From: Candidatus Berkelbacteria bacterium
GTDB lineage: Bacteria > Patescibacteriota > UBA1384 > XYA2-FULL-43-10 > CAINNR01
Length of the DNA stretch: 49,994 bases
Direction: 5' to 3'
Assembly (NCBI GenBank): GCA_037142675.1
Contig: JBAXAF010000006.1
Location: 1-49,994 of the forward strand
Shown here: in pieces, positions 45,153 to 49,994 of the stretch
Layout of the letters: each line of letters starts with the position of its first letter
Position numbering within the stretch: the stretch's first letter is position 1
Notes under the pieces: generated by a model
What the model was told of the DNA's origin: nothing
The model's database searches: none
The model's input: the letters and a program-made list of their open reading frames with translations, nothing else
Program-made: the position numbers and the translations under genes

Positions 45153-46166
45153 TTATTGGTTATTGATTGCTGTAAGATTTGCTACATCTTCCGCTGTTAG
45201 CAGTCTGATCCCGTGGAGCCAAAGTGGGGTGTGTGGCAATGTGTCAGTTAAATCTCGGATCGAACTTTCATAGTCCGGGACCTGCATTTGCTGATCGAAT
45301 TTTCTGTACACGTCTTTAATATGTCTTCTTGTGTTTGAGACGAAAGAGCATTTTTCATTGATTAAGTCTTGAGGGAAAATTTCTGCAATTAAACCCTTTA
45401 AATGATCTGGCACAATAATTCGATCAATATCGTCAAGAGGAACATTGCCAATGGCATTATATTCATATGGGCCATTATGAAGTGATGGCATGTTGTGCAA
45501 GGAGTTATTCGCAATTTTATTCAATGTTGAGGCGCACAATATAGAATGTTTCATTCTTTCTTCTTCGTCCTCAGGCATTAAATATTCATAATAAAGATTT
45601 CCTTGCACTTCTTGATTGGAGCTGTTCCCGTACGGTGGTTTTATCCACGGTCTTTCTGCTAAAACTGGTAAAATTGCTGAACCGCCTTCATACAACCTTT
45701 GGGGCCAACCCTCAACAATGTCTCTCATAAATTGAGCTGCTGGAGTTTCTTTTCCTAAAAGATAATCATTGTAATATCCATAATCTGATTCGCCATCCCA
45801 AATATACCGGTCATTGGGTCCATTGGTATAGATAGTTCGACCAGTATTTTTTTCTTTTAGAGTAAATATGCCTGCCTCTTCATTGAAGTCTGCTTCAACA
45901 TCAGGATCATAGGTATTTCCAACAATGATTTCAAGATTTTCACTCGACGTCGCGGAACTAAACGCGCCAGTCATCTCGATATCCTTCAATCTCTTGGGGG
46001 ATAATATCCCGTTTTTCACGAAACTGGATAGAATCTCAAGATTTTTTGCTTTTGCCTTAGCTTCAAATTTTGACCCGACTTCATTTTTTTTGGGGGCCAA
46101 TACTGACATACGTCGGTCGTTTACAGAGAGTTCATCTGAATCAATTTTTGTACCAGTTGGTTCCAT
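45153..46166 (-). CDS. Hypothetical protein, possible ADP-ribosyltransferase-like fold
   Basis: 337 aa in operon context. 'LSSFVKNGILSP' and 'YEYNAIGNVPLDDIDRIIVP' resemble DarT/ART-like motifs (weak). Confidence 0.6.
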   Translation of the reverse strand: MEPTGTKIDSDELSVNDRRMSVLAPKKNEVGSKFEAKAKAKNLEILSSFVKNGILSPKRLKDIEMTGAFSSATSSENLEIIVGNTYDPDVEADFNEEAGIFTLKEKNTGRTIYTNGPNDRYIWDGESDYGYYNDYLLGKETPAAQFMRDIVEGWPQRLYEGGSAILPVLAERPWIKPPYGNSSNQEVQGNLYYEYLMPEDEEERMKHSILCASTLNKIANNSLHNMPSLHNGPYEYNAIGNVPLDDIDRIIVPDHLKGLIAEIFPQDLINEKCSFVSNTRRHIKDVYRKFDQQMQVPDYESSIRDLTDTLPHTPLWLHGIRLLTAEDVANLTAINNQ

Positions 46167-46168
46167 AA

Positions 46169-47074
46169 TTATTTTTTTTCATCTATGTACTTTGCGGCGG
46201 AGAGGCCGGCAATCGCGCCTTCGCCTGCGGAAATAACAATTTGTTTGTAATAGGAATTTGTTAAATCCCCTGCTGCAAAAACTCCTTCGCGGGAGGTTGA
46301 ATGGTCTTTATTGGTTTTTATTTGATTGCGCTCATCCATATCGACAAACTCTTTAATGATTCCATCGGCGACAATGTAGCCAACTTCAACAAAAATACCG
46401 TCAACATCAATTTCGTTTTCCTTGTTGTTTTTGTGGTAGACAAGTGACTTTACAATTTGATCACCCTTAATCTCAGCAATGGTAGCACCGGTAATTATTT
46501 CAACATTAGACAATTTCTTAACTTTTTCAATTAAAACCTCTTCAGCCCGAAACTCTTCGCGTCTGTGAATCAAATAGACTTTTTTAGCTATTTTGGCCAA
46601 GAGAAGCGCGGCATCAAAGGCCGAATTTCCGCCACCATTAACGGCAACAATTTTATTTTTGAAAAATGGCGCGTCGCAAGTTGCGCAGTATGAAACACCT
46701 TTGCCTTTGAAATCATTTTCACCCTTAACCTTGAGTTGTCGCGGGACTTTTCCAAAAGCTAAAATCAATGACTTGGCGTGGTATTTTTCTTTTGAACCAG
46801 TTAAAACAAAATCACCAGATTTTTCTTCCAGGTGAGTGATTTCATCAAAAGCGAGTTCGGCGCCAAATTTTTTTGCTTGATCAACAAATTTAGTTGCTAA
46901 ATCTGTGCCTGCAATTAAATCAAAACCCGGGTAGTTTTCAATATCGGGGGTTTTTACCACTTGTCCGCCGACTTCTTTGGTTATAACAAGAGTTTTTAGC
47001 ATCCGACGGCTGGTATATATTGCCGCTGTCATGCCAGCTGGTCCGCCACCAACTATTATTACATCGTATAACAT
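46169..47074 (-). CDS. trxB: Thioredoxin reductase
   Basis: 'GGGPAG', CATCD, 'GGGNSA', 'FAAGD'. Confidence 0.95.
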   Translation of the reverse strand: MLYDVIIVGGGPAGMTAAIYTSRRMLKTLVITKEVGGQVVKTPDIENYPGFDLIAGTDLATKFVDQAKKFGAELAFDEITHLEEKSGDFVLTGSKEKYHAKSLILAFGKVPRQLKVKGENDFKGKGVSYCATCDAPFFKNKIVAVNGGGNSAFDAALLLAKIAKKVYLIHRREEFRAEEVLIEKVKKLSNVEIITGATIAEIKGDQIVKSLVYHKNNKENEIDVDGIFVEVGYIVADGIIKEFVDMDERNQIKTNKDHSTSREGVFAAGDLTNSYYKQIVISAGEGAIAGLSAAKYIDEKK

Positions 47075-47082
47075 TTTTCTCC

Positions 47083-47484
47083 TTAAATATCTAAAAGATT
47101 TAAACCAATTTCATCGTCGTGTTTTCGGACTAATTCAATATCCAGTTGATGCAAAATTATTTCACAAGTGGCGGCGACAACCAGCTCGTCCACATGACCG
47201 CCGAAAGCGGCAAAAGTTTTATTTGACAGCGTTGCGTGGCTATGTATGATGGTTTTATCGTCCATTTGGCTAACGTTGCCTGCATAATTTAAAATTTCTA
47301 AAATACCGGAAAGTTCTTTCCGAATATACTCTTTTTTATCTAAGTCGTAAATTGCCAATTTTGCCGACTGCGCTGCCCCTATGCCAGAGAAACTGCCGAA
47401 TTTAATATTGTTTTTCTGACAAAAACTTACAAGCGACGAGATTGCCTCATCTCCCTTTTTCAAGCGAATTATAAATGATTTCAT
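47083..47484 (-). CDS. PPC/DUF296 domain protein
   Basis: 'IRLKKGDE', 'GIGA', 'HSHATL...GGHV'. Start ATG 47484 overlaps the upstream TGA (ATGA). Confidence 0.88.
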   Translation of the reverse strand: MKSFIIRLKKGDEAISSLVSFCQKNNIKFGSFSGIGAAQSAKLAIYDLDKKEYIRKELSGILEILNYAGNVSQMDDKTIIHSHATLSNKTFAAFGGHVDELVVAATCEIILHQLDIELVRKHDDEIGLNLLDI

Positions 47485-47729
47485 AGTTGAATGTGAACAA
47501 TTAAAAATAAACCAAGAATTTCCAGAAGTCGACCAATACTCTTCAGTGCAGGCCAAGCAGCTGGAATAAAAAATAGTACCAAAACAACCCAGATGAAGTT
47601 GCCCTTGATAAAGCGCCAAAGGGACCAAACTAAAATAATTAAAATTACCAGAGAAATTAAACTGGAGTATCCGGGTGATAAGCCCATGATTACTTTGTCG
47701 TAATAGGCAAATATTTTGCTTAGATCCAT
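47481..47729 (-). CDS. Small membrane protein
   Basis: 82 aa, highly hydrophobic, coupled to the DUF296 gene. Confidence 0.7.
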   Translation of the reverse strand: MDLSKIFAYYDKVIMGLSPGYSSLISLVILIILVWSLWRFIKGNFIWVVLVLFFIPAAWPALKSIGRLLEILGLFLIVHIQL

Positions 47730-47741
47730 AGTGTTTTTTTC

Positions 47742-48497
47742 TTAAAGTTTGCCGACAACAACGACGATGTCATAGGCTGAGCCAACAACGGAAGTATTTT
47801 TTGAGACTTCAGTTTGCCGATCAGGCAAAGCGGCTTTAACCAGATTTGCTGCAGATGAATCATCGGTTTTGTAATAAATATAGGTTTTGCTGTAATTAAA
47901 TGATTTGGCGTTACCTGTGCCCTTAACGCTAAATCCGGCAGCTTTAAGCGTGTTGGCAACAGTAGTAGCAGAATTTTTTACTCCAGATCCATTTAAAACG
48001 GAAATTGCGATAGTTGATTTATCGACTGTTGGCACAGCAGTTACTGTTGGCGTCGCTGTGACTGCTGGGGTGCTGCTGGCCCCAGACTGACTGTTATAAT
48101 TTTTAGCTGAGTCAGTGGTAGTATTAATAATATCACTTAAGTTTTGACTGCTCTTCTTTTTGTATGAACCATCAACATAACTTTTTATTGTGGCATAATT
48201 TTGCCAGACAACTAAACCTATTAAGGTGCAAACTGCTAAGGCTATAATAGTCGGATAAACCCAACGATGTTTTTTAGTTTTGCTGTTTTTTGGGTCTCTT
48301 ATAGCTCGCTTATTGCCAACGCTGTTGCCGTTACTCATGGGAGTATTAGCAAAAAAATCACCTTCGTGTGACTCCTGAAATAAATTGCCCTCGTCTTTTT
48401 CTTCTATCTTTTTTCTGGCAACTTTAATCTCGGCCTGAACGACTTTTTTAGAGATTGGCCTGTAAGTTTTTGGACGAATATCATCTGAAATACCCAA
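47742..48497 (-). CDS. LytR C-terminal domain-containing membrane protein
   Basis: TM plus 'ISVLNGSGVKNSA...L...GF...TGNA...DIVVVVGK'; TTG start after AGGAGGGG. Confidence 0.88.
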   Translation of the reverse strand: MGISDDIRPKTYRPISKKVVQAEIKVARKKIEEKDEGNLFQESHEGDFFANTPMSNGNSVGNKRAIRDPKNSKTKKHRWVYPTIIALAVCTLIGLVVWQNYATIKSYVDGSYKKKSSQNLSDIINTTTDSAKNYNSQSGASSTPAVTATPTVTAVPTVDKSTIAISVLNGSGVKNSATTVANTLKAAGFSVKGTGNAKSFNYSKTYIYYKTDDSSAANLVKAALPDRQTEVSKNTSVVGSAYDIVVVVGKL

Positions 48498-48641
48498 ATC
48501 CCCTCCTGACTACACGGACGAAATACATCACTGAAAATAAAGATAGGCCAGCAATAATATTGTAGCAAATTTTAGCAACTCGAACAATTTGATGACTTTT
48601 GATTTCCGTGTTGTGTCCGTGTGCAAAATCTGTGCAGTTAT

Positions 48642-48872
48642 TTACCAGCGGGATTTTTTCATCGTTACAGTTTTAAGCGGCTTTTTGGCTAATTTTTTCT
48701 CTATCTTAGCTGCATGGGCCTTTTTAATCAAAATCTCACCCTTCTTTTCGTCAACAACCATTTGGACGACGTCACCTTTGTTCCACTTTAGTTCCCTGGT
48801 AACTGATTTAGGTAATGTAACGCATAAGCTGTAGTTAGAAAACTTAATCAATTTTCTGTTTTCTGATTCCAT
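48642..48872 (-). CDS. AbrB/MazE/SpoVT-family DNA-binding protein
   Basis: 'RKLIKFSNYSLCVTLPKSVTRELKWNKGDVV'. Confidence 0.88.
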   Translation of the reverse strand: MESENRKLIKFSNYSLCVTLPKSVTRELKWNKGDVVQMVVDEKKGEILIKKAHAAKIEKKLAKKPLKTVTMKKSRW

Positions 48873-48948
48873 AGTTCGCCCTCCAATAAAAATATACTAA
48901 TTGTTACTAGTATATATTGCGTGTCAACTTTTTTCAATTAGGAGCGAT

Positions 48949-49560
48949 TTACTGGTGGAATTTTCGAATTACACCCTTAACTTTTCCTTGAATTGTGACC
49001 CTGCCTTTGGCAAAACGCATTGGTCTCATGGTTTTATTGGCTGGCTGCAAACGAATACCGCTTGGCTCGTTGTAATAGCGTTTAAGAGTGGCGTTTTCAT
49101 TGTCGATTAGGGCAACAACTATTTCTCCATTTCGTGGGTTTTGTGATTGCTCAATAATTACATAATCACCATCGAGTATGCCGTCGTCTATCATTGATTC
49201 GCCGCGGACGCGCAGGGCGAACGTTCGGCGCCCCATCATGTCTTTAGGGATATCTATTGTTTCGTTTGTGCGAATGGCTTCAATTGGCTTGCCGGCATCG
49301 ATGACTCCCGAGAGGGGTATTTCGAAAGTGTCGATGCCGGATGCGAACGCCGGTGTCAGCTGGATTGAACGAGCCTCCATCGCCTCTTTGGTCAGATAGC
49401 CTTTCTCTTCTAATATAGAAATGTACTCGGCCACTGTGGAGACCGATGAAAGCTCAAAATAATATGCAATTTCTCTAAAGCTTGGTGCATAACCGTTTTC
49501 CGTAATGAAATTGCGGATAAAGTCGAGAATCTCTTTTTGTCTTTTGGTTAAACTCTCCAT
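48949..49560 (-). CDS. lexA: SOS repressor LexA
   Basis: 'LTKRQKEILDFI', AG cleavage site 'IDAGKP', catalytic 'GESM' and 'ATLKR'. Start MESL (49560) after AAGGA. Confidence 0.97.
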   Translation of the reverse strand: MESLTKRQKEILDFIRNFITENGYAPSFREIAYYFELSSVSTVAEYISILEEKGYLTKEAMEARSIQLTPAFASGIDTFEIPLSGVIDAGKPIEAIRTNETIDIPKDMMGRRTFALRVRGESMIDDGILDGDYVIIEQSQNPRNGEIVVALIDNENATLKRYYNEPSGIRLQPANKTMRPMRFAKGRVTIQGKVKGVIRKFHQ

Positions 49561-49594
49561 ATTTTCCTTATTCCAAAAACCCGCCATTGAATGG

Positions 49595-49667
49595 TTCGGT
49601 TTTTATTCTATTAATGTTTGGTTTGTGTTCGGTATTCATGTATACAGTATACCAAACACAACCCGAA
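49595..49667. promoter_or_regulatory. LexA operator array (TTCGG-N6-TTCGG-type direct repeats)
   Basis: + strand: TTCGG/TTCTA/TTTGG/TTCGG at 49595/49606/49617/49628 (11-bp period). - strand: TTCGG-N6-TTTGG at 49667-49652. Confidence 0.75.
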
Positions 49668-49737
49668 CACTGTCAAGAATATTTTAAAAAATATATCTGC
49701 ACTAGTAGAAGATAATTTAGGCATAAAAAAAGCAGCG

Positions 49738-49878
49738 CTACCGTAGTAGAGCTGCAAGGCCAAGGTGTTGGTGGTCAGGGAGCGGTGCTGGTGACAACAG
49801 CCAGATAACGGCCACTGTTGTCAGGATCAGTCCGCAAACCGACAAAACTAACAAGAATCTGTATTTGCGTGTGGACAT
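49738..49878 (-). CDS. 46-aa single-TM small protein (GC-rich cassette I; below cutoff)
   Basis: GGAGGTGG RBS; MSTRKYRFLLVLSVCGLILTTVAVIWLLSPAPLPDHQHLGLAALLR*; promoter TTGACT-17-TATAAT (49903-49931); terminator at ~49724-49755. Confidence 0.65.
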   Translation of the reverse strand: MSTRKYRFLLVLSVCGLILTTVAVIWLLSPAPLPDHQHLGLAALLR

Positions 49879-49994
49879 ATGCCACCTCCATTTACTATTA
49901 ACATTATATCATACATATTAAAAAAAGTCAATAGCAGTGTGGTGAATTCTACTCCGAAATGCAACTTTTAATGAAAACCTCGTGTGGCGTTAGA

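Noticed and set aside
48642-48872. Type II toxin-antitoxin pair
   Set aside because: No adjacent toxin ORF; solo AbrB-type regulator.

Overview
Chromosomal segment of a small-genome bacterium using genetic code 11. Gene content points to Patescibacteria/CPR (inference). The first 13.2 kb is all + strand: a DUF5663-like gene, two large acidic Pro-rich orphan proteins, two VirD4/TraG-like ATPases and a sigma4/HTH protein. After about 14.2 kb most genes are on the - strand. The switch coincides with a perfectly symmetric 11-6-11 dif-like site (13501-13528), so this is probably the replication terminus; next to it is an unassigned ~160-nt structured RNA with its own promoter and terminator. Housekeeping genes include secDF, rluD, rmuC, a UvrD-nuclease fusion, trxA/trxB, ftsA/ftsZ, ybeY, rpsU, eno, rarA and lexA. 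A vitamin B12 operon runs nrdR-nrdJ-cobO-[cobalamin riboswitch]-DUF4430-DUF6580-trxA. Most unusual are about nine GC-rich orphan cassettes, each with its own near-consensus sigma70 promoter, RBS and terminator. Three form a tandem array joined by equal-length terminator+promoter direct repeats, and three cassette blocks sit right beside REP-like repeats. No rRNA, tRNA, CRISPR array, integrase or transposase was recognised. All family assignments come from visual motif recognition, not database searches.
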